Source of the DNA: Vermamoeba vermiformis
Taxonomy: Eukaryota
Length of the DNA stretch: 64,000 nt
Assembly (NCBI GenBank): GCA_045837725.1
Contig: JBEWZL010000205.1
Span: 1-64,000 of the forward strand
Reading direction: 5' to 3'
In this document: piece by piece, positions 51,047-61,929 of the stretch
How positions within the stretch are numbered: the stretch's first letter is position 1
Layout of the letters: every line of letters begins with the position of its first letter
Translations under genes and position numbers: made by a program
Notes under the pieces: generated by a model
Seen by the model: the letters and a program-made list of their open reading frames with translations, nothing else
Told to the model about the DNA's origin: nothing
Databases searched by the model: none

Positions 51047-53725
51047 TTACTGCTTTTTTGGCTTTTTGTTGGCCTTGTTCTTGCCAGATCTCTTTCTTTT
51101 CTTGGGACTAGCTCGAACAATAGCTTCAAGCTCAGTATAAATCTTGACTTCATACTGATCAACCAAGTCTAAGAACTGCTTCAAGCTGGTGATTCTCTCC
51201 CAAGTTGGATCTCTAGTTTCCCATTGCACTTGATAGTAGAGGTGGCCGTTTTTGTACATTTTGCCTGAAATAGACTGGGCTCTGTACTTGTCTGAGTAGA
51301 TGACTTCTTCTTCAGACATTGACTGCAAGTCTTCAAGGACTTCATCTGCAGAGTCAAGTTGCGATCCATCGTCATGGGAACCAATGGCATTTCTTGCATG
51401 AGCAGCAGCTGCATTGGATTGTTCAGTGGCTAGGTAATCTTCATTGAAGCGATTGATGAGAGTGTTAGCCTGGTTATTGACGTCAGCATCATTGTAGTAG
51501 CGCATCAAAGTGCCGACATCGTGGTTTTGAACATTGGCCAACATTTGAAGAAACTGTTGCTGAGAGCCAAGTCCAGCCATGTATTCGTCCAAGTAGGCCA
51601 AAGTGACAAGCAAGTGTCTCCAACGCAAAGAAGTCATGTGAGTGCCAGGAATAATCTTTGCACAGCACTTGGCTACAGCTCTGGTCATAGCAGAAGGATC
51701 TTGTGGGTTGCCATTTTGAAAGCCAAGCCAAAGAGCCAAAGGATCTTCATCAGTTTGAACCAAAAATGGTCTAACTTTCTCGAGAAAGAATTTGAAGAAT
51801 GGATTGCAGTCAGCAGGGAAAGGAATCTTCTTGACAAACTTTCTGAGCTTCTTTTCCTTGAAGTCTGGGCTAATGATGTAGCATTTCTTCTTGTTGCTGA
51901 ATTTGAAGTTGTCTCTGGTCATGTGAATGATCAGCTCTTGACGCTGGCCTCCAATTTTGAAGTGACAGAGCATTTGAATCCAAGACTGAATGTTGTAGCA
52001 GATGCGATGAGTGTCAGTGGCAGAAGCCAAGCCAATGGTGTCGTCCCAAGCTTGAATAGATTTGTTCAACTTGATGAAAGTTGTTGCATGAACTTCCTTT
52101 AACTGCTGAGCAGTGATAGCTTTGCCATCAGCAAGGAGTTGATCAAAACAGGGTCTATCTATTTGGCTGACTTGTTGCTGCTGTTTCATCAGTCTTCGAA
52201 AGTGACCAGCCTGTTGAGCAACAATCCAAAGTTCTCCTCCGAAAGGACGCAGGCACTCGACTTCTGCCAGCAACCACTCGCATACTTTTTGAGTGTACTT
52301 GGCTTTGTTGTTGGCAGTGTTGGGAGAGCCGGCACGGAAGCGACAGTACTAGTGGAAAGCGCGCATTCTCTTGGAGGACAAGAAGCAAAGCCACCCAGGA
52401 CAAGAGCCTTCATATTCCATGCAAAAGGTCCACAAGTTCTTCAAGTAAGTGGCAACACCAGTAACAACAGAGTAGAACTTGTTGTAGTTAATTTGGCGGT
52501 TTCTTGCCAAATTTACTGTTTCTCTCTTATGCTTTTGCTTGTAGTCATGCAGGACATTCCAAAAAAAGGAGAGAAGGAAGGGAAAATCAGCTTCAAATTG
52601 TTTGTGCTGCGCTTTGGTGAGCCATGCAAATCCTTTGCCTTCAAGCTCTGCAGGCCAGTCAAAAGTTGTGTATTCTGTAGGCCATCTCCCTTCTTTGAGC
52701 TTGCGTGTAGCATTTTGGGGATAAGAAGCTTTTGCCCAGTTAGGTCTTTGATCCACATTATTTGTTTTAAGAGACGAGGCTTGGAATTGAAGGTCTTGAA
52801 CAATCCCATAGTCATTCCCTTCATAGGTGTCTTCTAGGTCAATGCCAAGCTGAGACAAAGTAACCTCAGAGAAGTCAACAGGTTTGAAAGCAGGCTCCAG
52901 GTTGTTGCCATCTTTGTCTTTAAGGAAAAACCCAATTTGATGCAGGTAAGACTCCTTTTGTTTCATTGTCATGCCGCTGTCTTCATCTTCTTGTTTGTCT
53001 TGGTCTTCCTCTTCTTGTTCACCATCACTGGCATTGTCGGTGAGGTCAACTACTGTATGCTTGGTTCTTTCAGCTTCACTGTCCAAGTCCAAGTTACTTT
53101 GCATGCCAACAGCATTATCGTCTTCTTCATAGCTTTGTTCGTTAAAGTTGAGCGCTTGGCGAGTCAAGTACTCCTGGAATTCACTTTCATGCTCTCTGTC
53201 TATTGCTGGATCAAACAGATCAAAGCTAGTGAGGAACAAAGTAAGCAACTGAATGCAATACTAATTAGATTATCCTTTTACCTTTGATTACGGCTGCTTC
53301 CCTCCTCAATAATCTGGGTTTGATCGTTGTCGATCTCTTGTGCTTCGCCATTCAAAGCTTCTGTCAGCCTACATAAAGAATAAGGGCATTGTAAAGGGCT
53401 TTTCAAAGACGTACTGATTGCTGGACACAGCCACTGCAAGTTGAGCTCGATCCGACCTCAAAAAAGCTTTTGTAGGCTTGAAACTGCTGCGTTGTTTGAC
53501 CTCCAAGCTAACCGTGCAGCTCTGCAAAAGTTCTTCTAACAGGGGATTATTCTTTGCAAGAGCATAAGCAATTGACGACTGCACGCTTTGACCATTAGGA
53601 ACCACAATGTAAATCGTCGAATTGCGAGCGTTAAAGTAGACGTCGCACTCGTGGCCTTTTGTCTGCTCAAATGCCTGCTGTATTGAAGTTAAAAAAGGCA
53701 CTGTAACCTGAGACGTGGCGTTCAT
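51047..53725 (-). CDS. tyrosine recombinase with C-terminal chromodomain; two introns and one in-frame TAG at 52349-52351
   Basis: Catalytic-order motifs GGQRQE (R), KEKK (K), TSLRWRH (HxxR-like), LANVQNH (H) and LMRYYN (Y). C-terminal YRAQSISGKMYKNGHLYYQVQWETRDPTWERITSL fits the chromodomain pattern; basic NLS-like tail. Confidence 0.85.
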
Positions 53726-54596
53726 GTTGGAAGTGGATTGAAAATAAAAAAACAAAAGAAACGAACAAAATTCGACGCATAAAGTTAATAAAAAGAATAA
53801 ACGTGATAAAACGGCAAAAAGAAAATCAACGAGCAAAACGCACCTTTCCACGAAGCCTAGAGGTATATCCCCTTGCTATATCACGTTTATACTTGCGTGC
53901 AAGTCTTACCGTATTAGGGTAAAATTAGGCCCCCGATGTGCACTAGGGAATCCCCCAGGAGTGATCTCATTCATCCCGTTGCCGGGAGGGCTTACCCATC
54001 TTATGCATTCTAAGTCACTTTATTGGCTCCCCAGCATCAGAGATGAAACTATTACGGGACGTACAGCCTCATCTAGCCATGTGAAAGCCCTTTAAAAGAG
54101 CTTTTGATCAAGGCCCATCTCCATGTTCAAAGTTGCGTATTCACTGAGTATAGAGGGACTGAAAGGGTTAGGGTTAGGGCTTATGCTTCGCTTTTCAGGC
54201 CCCTGGATCTCTGACGAAATTTCACCGAAATTTCCGGGAGTTGTTCCATGCAGCGAGGGCCGAAGGCCCGAGCGCATTGCACCAAGTCCCATTACATTTG
54301 GTGATAGTGATGCAGAGATACAGGGGCTCGAAGTAGCTGCGGCGCCAGCGTCGTAATGCCGCAATGCCGCAGGCAAATCACCGTTCCTGACACTTTTCGG
54401 TTAATTCTAGCTCTGAGTCACGGACACTCACAGACCTCTCCTTTGCAGGGTAGTCTAGTCTATATTTTAGATGATTTATCATATAAAATTTATTAATATT
54501 GCTGAAAGTTCGAATTTTTCAAAAAATTATATACCCTATAGGGGTAGGGGTGGGTAGGTGGGGGGTTGCGTATTCTATTTTCATTCACATCAGCAT

Positions 54597-54808
54597 CAAA
54601 CAGGATGCACGATTATCGTGCACGCATGCGCATCAGACAGAGCGTACGATTATCGTGCACACATGCGTGCCAGACAGGGCGTACGATTATCGTGCACGCA
54701 TGCGCATCAGACAGAGCGTACGATTATCGTGCACGCATGCGTACCAGACAGGGCGTACGATTATCGTGCACACATGCACATCAGACAGGGCGTACGATTA
54801 TCGTGCAC
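54597..54808. repeat. six 37-bp tandem units, each with palindrome GYACGAT-T-ATCGTGC
   Basis: GATTATC recurs at 54611, 54648 and onward with 37-bp spacing. Unit: CAGACAGRGCGTACGATTATCGTGCACRCATGCGCAT. Confidence 0.95.
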
Positions 54809-54810
54809 AG

Positions 54811-55765
54811 GAGTGGGCACCTAGAATTCCATGAGTGGGCACCTGGGATTCCGGGCACCTAGAATTCCGGGCACTTAGAATTCTGGGCACCTGGGATTCC
54901 GGGCACCTAGGATTCTGTGACTGGGCACCTAGGATTCCGTGGGCACCTAGAATTCCGCGCACATGACTGGGCACCTAGGATTCCGTGGGCACCTAGGATT
55001 CCGGGCACCTAGAATTCTGTGAGTGGGCACCTGGGATTCCAGGCACCTAGAATTCCGTGAGTGGGCACCTGGGATTCCGGGCACCTAGGATTCCACGCAC
55101 ATGAGTGGGCACCTAGGATTCCGTGGGCACCTAAATTTCCGTGAGTGGGCACCTAGGATTCCGTGAGTGGGCACCTGGGATTCTGGGCACCTAGGATTCC
55201 GTGAGTGGGCACCTGGGATTCCGGGCACCTAGAATTCCGTGAGTGGGCACCTGGAATTCCATGAGTGGGCACCTGGGATTCCGGGCACCTAGAATTCCGT
55301 GAGTGGGCACCTAGGATTCCGTGAGTGGGCACCTGGGATTCCGGGCACCTAGGATTCCGTGAGTGGGCACCTGGGATTCCGGGCACCTAGGATTCCGCGT
55401 ACATGAGTGGGCACCTAGGATTCCGGGCACCTAGAATTCCGTGACTGGGCACCTAGGATTCCGTGACTGGGCACCTAGGATTCCGTGAGTGGGCACCTGG
55501 GATTCTGGGCACCTAGAATTCCGTGAGTGGGCACCTGGGATTCTGGGCACCTAGAATTCCGTGAGTGGGCACCTGGGATTCCGGGCACCTAGAATTCCGT
55601 GAGTGGGCACCTGGGATTCCGGGCACCTAGAATTCCGCGCACCTAGAATTCCGGGCACCTAGAATTCCGTGACTGGGCACCTAGGATTCCGGGCACCTAG
55701 GATTCCGTGAGTGGGCACCTGGGATTCCGGGCACCTAGAATTCCAGGCACATGACTGCACACCTA
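54811..55765. repeat. GC-rich minisatellite: 16-bp core GGGCACCTRGRATTCC with optional GTGAGT (16/22-bp units, often 38-bp dimers)
   Basis: Directly visible array of about 950 bp, roughly 50 core copies. Confidence 0.95.
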
Positions 55766-56043
55766 AATTCAAACAGCCCTGCTGACTAAACTTTATGTGC
55801 CCACTAAATTCCTACATTTGTGTCACTCCCTGAACTTGCTTTTAAAACTCCTTTGCAAAAAATGGCTACCAAACATTAGTATCTAATTTTTAACATGAAA
55901 AAGTAGTGTAACTGAAATACCACTTAGGACACTGCTTTCCCTACCATGCTATCCTTGGACAATGTATGAGTGTGTCTGATATGATCAGACACACTAAGAA
56001 TTGAACTTGGATAGCTACAAAGTCATTACATTGTCCTGAAACT

Positions 56044-57608
56044 TTATTTATTTTTAGAGCCTAAGCGTACAGATGGGAATGAATTGTTCTTCATTTGCTG
56101 AACAAAACCCATGTCCTTATTCATTACAGTTTGTCGTTTTGCGTGAATAGCTGCAGCTTGAGACATCACAAATAGATCTGTGAGGAAATATTCAGAGGAC
56201 AATTGTAGAGCTTCAAGAGCAACTGCTTGCCAGCGAACACCTTCTAAGTCACTATCACGGGTTAGATCTTCAGTTACTTCACGGACAAGGCGCTGGAAAC
56301 CTCGACGTGACATCAGAAGTGTGGTGCTGTTTTGATAAAATTTGATTTCAGCCATGCCTATTAAAAATTATTAATAATGAACTAGTATAAATTTACTGAA
56401 CTTACGTCTACTTGCAAGGCTTTGATTCACGTTCTTCTTAGCCTTGAACACCTTGGGCTGCAAATGTTTTAATTACACACGTGTTTATGAAATTAGTTTA
56501 AATGATGATATAACTTACTCTTTTCGTTGGACGAGAGTTTGAATCTGCACCTGATGCCTTTCGTTTCTGTCCTCTCTGTAAGATAAGACTGTGAGATTAC
56601 TTATCAATTTACTAACAATATTACCTTCGGTTCATTCTCATTCTTATCGTCAACTACTCGTTTTCTCTTCTTTGCCTTCTTGTTGGCGACGGTTTTGTTT
56701 GTTGCACCTCTCTGCAATAATGTTAGGTCATACTATTAATTAAATTACTTACCTTTGTCATGTACTCCTCTTCATCGACCTTGCCGACACTCTTTCTTTT
56801 CTTGTTTGGCTGTTTGGCAGGGGCTTGTTGCTTGGCAGTGTCCGCTTGTTTGCCACTCTCCGATCCTGATTGTCGTAGTTTGGCATTGCCGTCTTTGTTG
56901 CCTTCATCAGCAGCAACATTGGTGTCTTCAGCCTCACTGTCGCGTTTCTCGCCACCCCCTTCTTCTTCTTCAGCCTCACCATCGTCATTGTTACCGCGTT
57001 CTTTTTCGTGCTCGCTGTGTTCGCCTTCTTCTGGCGCTGCACCTTCAACGTTTTGGTTGTTTTGGGCTAATTCCTAAATAAAAATTAGCTATTGTTTGCT
57101 CATAGCCAATAAAACTGTACTGCATTAGCGTCGGTGATCTCAACAACTTCCTCGATCTCACCAGCCAAACGTGCTGATCGTCTGGGTGAATTACCAACAC
57201 CATCATCTTGGGTCGCACGAGCTTTGTGGCGAGCTTTAGCTCCAGGCCTATTTCGTCTTTTACCGGTCCTGATTGAAGTACATTATTAAACGTGTTTTAA
57301 TTATTAATTTCATCGAAAAAAAGCATCTTGGAAATTTGCCCCGTAAATAAAGATTAATGATTAAAATTACTTACTTTTGGCCTGATTTATTTGAAGATTT
57401 TTTTTTCGATTTATTCTTATTAGTAGACTGGGAATTAGACCTAATTATGCCGTTAATAATATTTAATTTTGACGATAAATATTTTATTCATAATTGTACA
57501 CTACGTACTTATTTCCAGAGGCCACCCGACCAGATCTGTTAACTATTGTAAATATCTAATAAACAAACTTATTATATGAGCTTACATTTCGTGTGGGGAA
57601 CGAGGCAT
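56044..57608 (-). CDS. divergent histone H3 variant, CenH3/CENP-A-like, ~360 aa, 9 exons
   Basis: Histone fold AEIKFYQNSTTLLMSRRGFQRLVREV..RWQAVALEALQ..AIHAKRQTVMNKDM. Eight GT-AG introns join an open frame from MPRSPHEI at 57608. Confidence 0.88.
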
Positions 57609-57707
57609 GTGGTGTTTGATTTGGGTACGATAGATTTTTGTTTCGATTTTAACGGTAACCAAAAAACCTTCGGCCACTAGCAAAAAGCAACAGATAGACC
57701 AACAGCA

Positions 57708-58672
57708 ATGTTAAATTTAAGGTACGTATTAAATCGCAAATAATTTTTTTTTGCCTCTTGGCGCAGATCAAATAATAATAATTCTTTATTTATTTTTAAA
57801 ATAATTAAAATACTTCGTAGGCTAGTAGCAAAAGATTTCTTAGTTGCCGCTAGCAAGGAACAACTATTTGCATCGGTTCTTGGAGTGCACCAAGTAACCG
57901 GAATTGCTGTACCAACGATTAAAAAATATGCCTTGGAAAAAAATATTGGTAAGCCATTGAATATCAATTACTATTCCATTTCTGATATGACATTAGGACG
58001 AAAATTATTACCGGGAGAGATCCCGCCTGAAATTGCATCCAAGATGCATAAATTAAAGGTTGAAGGGTATTGGTTTGATGTCGCCGACATCAATTCCCTT
58101 CTACGGATAATCAGCACCAAGACCAGCAACAAAGAACAACTCAAGACAATAAGGTAAGGATTAAAATTTTAACGACCAATTAAACTCACCAAAATTTTAT
58201 AGGGAAGGACTCAAATCAACAACCTTGAACAAAATTATAATGGTCGCTTGGGATGGCTCGAATTTTAAGGTACGTGATTTTTAAAATTAAAATAATTATT
58301 TAATTAACCAATTTTGAGTTGCTTTGGAGAGAATCAACTGACGAGGTTTCTGCCGATGAGAGTGATCCAACACTCTTATCGACTGCAGACGCTGAATTTT
58401 TAGCGAGTGAGGAACTGCTCGCCAAGGGTTGGAAAGCAATACCCAACCGAGCAGAACACATCGCAAAAATTTATAATATTGATATCTCACAAATTGAGAC
58501 GCCAGTGAAAGAAGCGGAAACAATTCCTATTTTGGACAACTTACACAATTTTTACACGAACGCTGCGGCAACAAGTGCATCGGACGAGGATCTATCTGGC
58601 GAGGAATTTGAAGACCTAGACTCATCAGAAGAGAGCCAATCAAAAGAAAGTAGCTCGGAGGATTTTGTTTAA
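57708..58672 (+). CDS. uncharacterised protein with acidic C-terminus, head-to-head with the H3 variant
   Basis: Exons MLNLR | LVAKDFLVAASKEQLF..QLKTIR | EGLKSTTLNKIIMVAWDGSNFK | LLWRESTDE..SSEDFV splice in frame. The last acceptor is uncertain. Confidence 0.65.
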
Positions 58673-58685
58673 CGTTAATAAATAT

Positions 58686-60213
58686 TTATTTAAAAATATT
58701 ATCAATTTTCTTTTCTAAAAAATACAACTTTCTTGCTCGGCCTCCAGCTCGACGTGCTCCTCTCTGTGCAGAAGAACGCCCCGATGTACCTTTGGGCTGG
58801 TGGTTTGACGGCTCGATCTCTGGCAATGGCAGGCTTAGGAGGCTGGCCTTCGTACGGTCTCGAAGTCTAATGCTCTGCGTTGTCATTAGACATTATTAGA
58901 TATAATTATATTATTATTTATATCTCGATTAGACATTATTATTTTATTTTAAACTTACCTCTTTTTGCGGCGATCCTAGCGTGATCTTTTTATCCGCCTC
59001 ACCCCACCACATGTACGGTCCAACACCAAGACCATGAGCCCCAAAGCCTGTCGTCTGCGTTGATTCTTTGTGCCAACTTGCTGGCATCTCGGATAATTCC
59101 TCTTCTTTAAGATCGGGCACAAAAATCGTTGCCTGAGACTTCGTTATTTTCATTTCTCGTGCACCGGCCTTCGTCAGCCCTGCTGTCAATCGCGCTACCG
59201 GCACTCGATGCTCTGGGTCCAAATTAACAGAGCTCGCTCGGTAGACTTTGATGAAAATGGCCCTGAACGAGAGCCATTCCCGCTCATCAAACTCGGTTGG
59301 CGGCACGTATGGTCTATTGGCCATATAGCCAATCATGAAGTCGAAGTACGCTTGAACCAAGGCAACGAACTGCTGCAAGTAACCGCGCACTATCATTGCG
59401 TCATAGAAATTTGCCCAAGGCCGAATGCCTAATTATGTAGTTAATAAATTGGCTATTATCCGTTAGTAGCCAGTATTTACCTGTATATTTGTACCACCAA
59501 AAGCAAATTTCGTTTGAAGAATACGCACCGACACCGTTGAACATCGATTGGTTCAATAAACAGTCGATGATCGTTGCCCTCTAGTAAAATATTAGTATTA
59601 GTCGTACTGATTTGTTATTGTACTAACCTTGAAATATTTTTGGTAGGCATCATCGTTTAACAGCGCCAGCAAGTGTTCGTGCAAGTCGCCGGCAAGTACA
59701 TCCGGGCCCCTGGCTGGATCCATCGCTAAACTTGCATCAGGATGCCATTTGAATGACACCTGATTTTGTTTGGTGTGGCAATCTAATATATAGATTGCCG
59801 CACCATTGTCGGCATTTAGCGCTATGTTTCGCCGATAGTCTAATGGGCTCGTGTCGCGATCTGATATCGCACCAACGTGAAATGCTGCGCCGGTGCCCAT
59901 GCCAAAGGTCATCGCGTAATTATTAAAAATTAACGCAATTTCCTTGCCTCGTGATACTACCTACGTAAATAATAATTAATTATAACCTAATTTTAAATCA
60001 AAACTTACATCCGTAACCGTCAGCGGTAGGCACGCGCGCATTGCCTCGATCTCCGCGCTGTACTTGTTGTGAGGCACGCGCTTCTCCACTTCTACAATCC
60101 TTAAGCCAATTGCTATAAATAAAGATTAATACAGATTAAATTTTATTTTATTTGGAATTACCTTTTTCTTTGAGGTGCCTTGCGAAGCCCTCGATCTCTG
60201 TTTTTTCGGGCAT
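58686..60213 (-). CDS. Fpg/Nei-family DNA glycosylase/AP lyase (NEIL1-like)
   Basis: Spliced protein begins MPEKTEIE (Pro2-Glu3), then SRGKEI, FGMGTG, RGPDVL, H2TH IIDCLLNQSMFNGVGAYSSNEI, KVYR and a basic tail. Confidence 0.85.
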
Positions 60214-60274
60214 ACTATTAAACGGTAATCGATTAATTAACAATTAATAAATTACTTATTCAATTCGTTTAACG

Positions 60275-60703
60275 AAGCCAATCCGGATCATTTTGGCGAG
60301 TGCAACAACAGCTGCTGCCAGACACCAGCTTGATTTACGTCATAACGCCGCGGTTCATCTGGAACCAGCCGCGCTTGATTTCATCAAGCTGTGTGCGGCA
60401 TCAAGCTGCATTGAAGCCGGATTAACCGTTGCTTCGATTGAGTCAGATGCGGTTCAACGGGAACCAGCAAAACGACAAAACCATCGCCAAAGCTGAGGTC
60501 ACTCTTAATAGATTTTTGGAATTGGCTTCGCAAATAACAAAGCCAATCCGGATCATTTTGGCGAGTGCAACAACAGCTGCTGCCAGACACCAGCTTGATT
60601 TACGTCATAACGCCGCGGTTCATCTGGAACCAGCCGCGCTTGATTTCATCATGCTGTGTGCGGCATCAAGCTGCATCGAAGCCAGATTAACCGTTGCTTC
60701 GAT
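60275..60703. repeat. 164-bp direct duplication (60275-60438 / 60540-60703)
   Basis: Three mismatches seen; offset 265 bp. Confidence 0.92.
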
Positions 60704-61246
60704 CGGATCAAGTGTGCGGTTTAACGTAAACCAGCGCCACAGTAATCCATGCATGCCCTTGATGACCTCGCAGCGTAGTGTCGTATTTGATTACGAGTAA
60801 ATTCCTAGTCAAGCCAGCACATCTCGAAAGTAATTTAAAAATTATACTAAAAAAATTTAAAATATTATTAAACGATAATATTTGTTTTTGTTGCTTACGT
60901 TTTATTTTTCTTGATGCCAAGCTCAGACAAACTTCATTGGACTGAGATCGGGGTCCCGAAACCTTATGACAGGGCCGATCGACTATTTAAAAAACAGAAG
61001 TAGTAGTTAGAGGCTTTATTCTCGATATTGTTAGTACTTACCTGCGCGTGGTGTGTTGATATTGCGGTTTAAACAGTTAAATGACGTGTTTCGAAATTTA
61101 CCAAAAAAAGTTAGCCAAAAAAATTTGGGCCAAAAAAAGTTAGCCAAAAAATTCGTCCCAAAAAAAATTGCGGAAACCAATTTTGCGCGTTTGTCTTCTA
61201 TCCGCACAGATGCGCAGCAACACAACTCAGCTAAAGGTCGTAATAG

Positions 61247-61888
61247 GTAAGTGTTCTTTATTGTTTTATTATTTATATTGTATTAATTTCTTTAGCTATC
61301 TTTACTAATTAATTTTCGTAGATTTTAATGCGCGCATCGGCTTAACCACGAGCAAAACCGCGTCAAGCCCCCACGCGCTTGGATGACCGCAGTGATGGTA
61401 AGTGTTATTTAATTCTCGCGTGAGAATACTAATTAATTTTATTTGTATTAGATTTTACAACGCATTGAAATTACCTGTGAGCGAGTCCGTGAAAAGCCCT
61501 CCGCGCTTTAATGATGAACAGTAACGCAGTATTGATGGTAAGTTAATTATTTAATCTAGCGCGAGAATACTAATTAATTTTGTTTGTATTAGATTTTACA
61601 ACGCGCATTGAAATTACCTGTGAGCGATTCGTGAAGAGCCCTTCGTGCTTTGATGAATGAACAGTAACGCAGTATTGATGGTAAGTATAATTATTTAATT
61701 CTCGCGTGAGAATACTAATTAATTTTGTTTGTATTAGATTTTACAACGCGCATTGAAATTACCTGTGAGCGAGTCCGTGAAAAGCCCTCCCGCGCTTTAA
61801 TGAATAAACAGTAACGCAGTATTGATGGTAAGTTAATTATTTAGTTAATTAGTTAAGCTCGCGCTAGAATACTAATTAATTTTTACAG
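61247..61888 (+). repeat. tandemly repeated intron+exon units (~140-150 bp), apparently non-coding
   Basis: GTAAGT donors at 61247, 61398, 61538, 61681 and 61828; ACTAAT branch-like sites and TAG/CAG acceptors; similar exons of about 76-90 nt containing stop codons. Confidence 0.75.
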
Positions 61889-61929
61889 ATTTTAGTACTA
61901 AAATGCGCATCGGGTTAGACTTGGCACAA

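Noticed and set aside
51521-53287. Long plus-strand ORFs opposite the recombinase
   Set aside because: These are antisense shadows of the coding strand with no motifs.
50458-54412. CTAGCT direct repeat (50458, 54407) as Crypton-type termini
   Set aside because: A 6-bp match picked after the fact is expected by chance, and the left copy coincides with a likely splice acceptor.
54597-55765. CRISPR-like array or coding ORFs in the 37-bp and 16/22-bp repeats
   Set aside because: There are no unique spacers and no cas genes, and the context is eukaryotic. The ORFs reflect stop-free repeat units.
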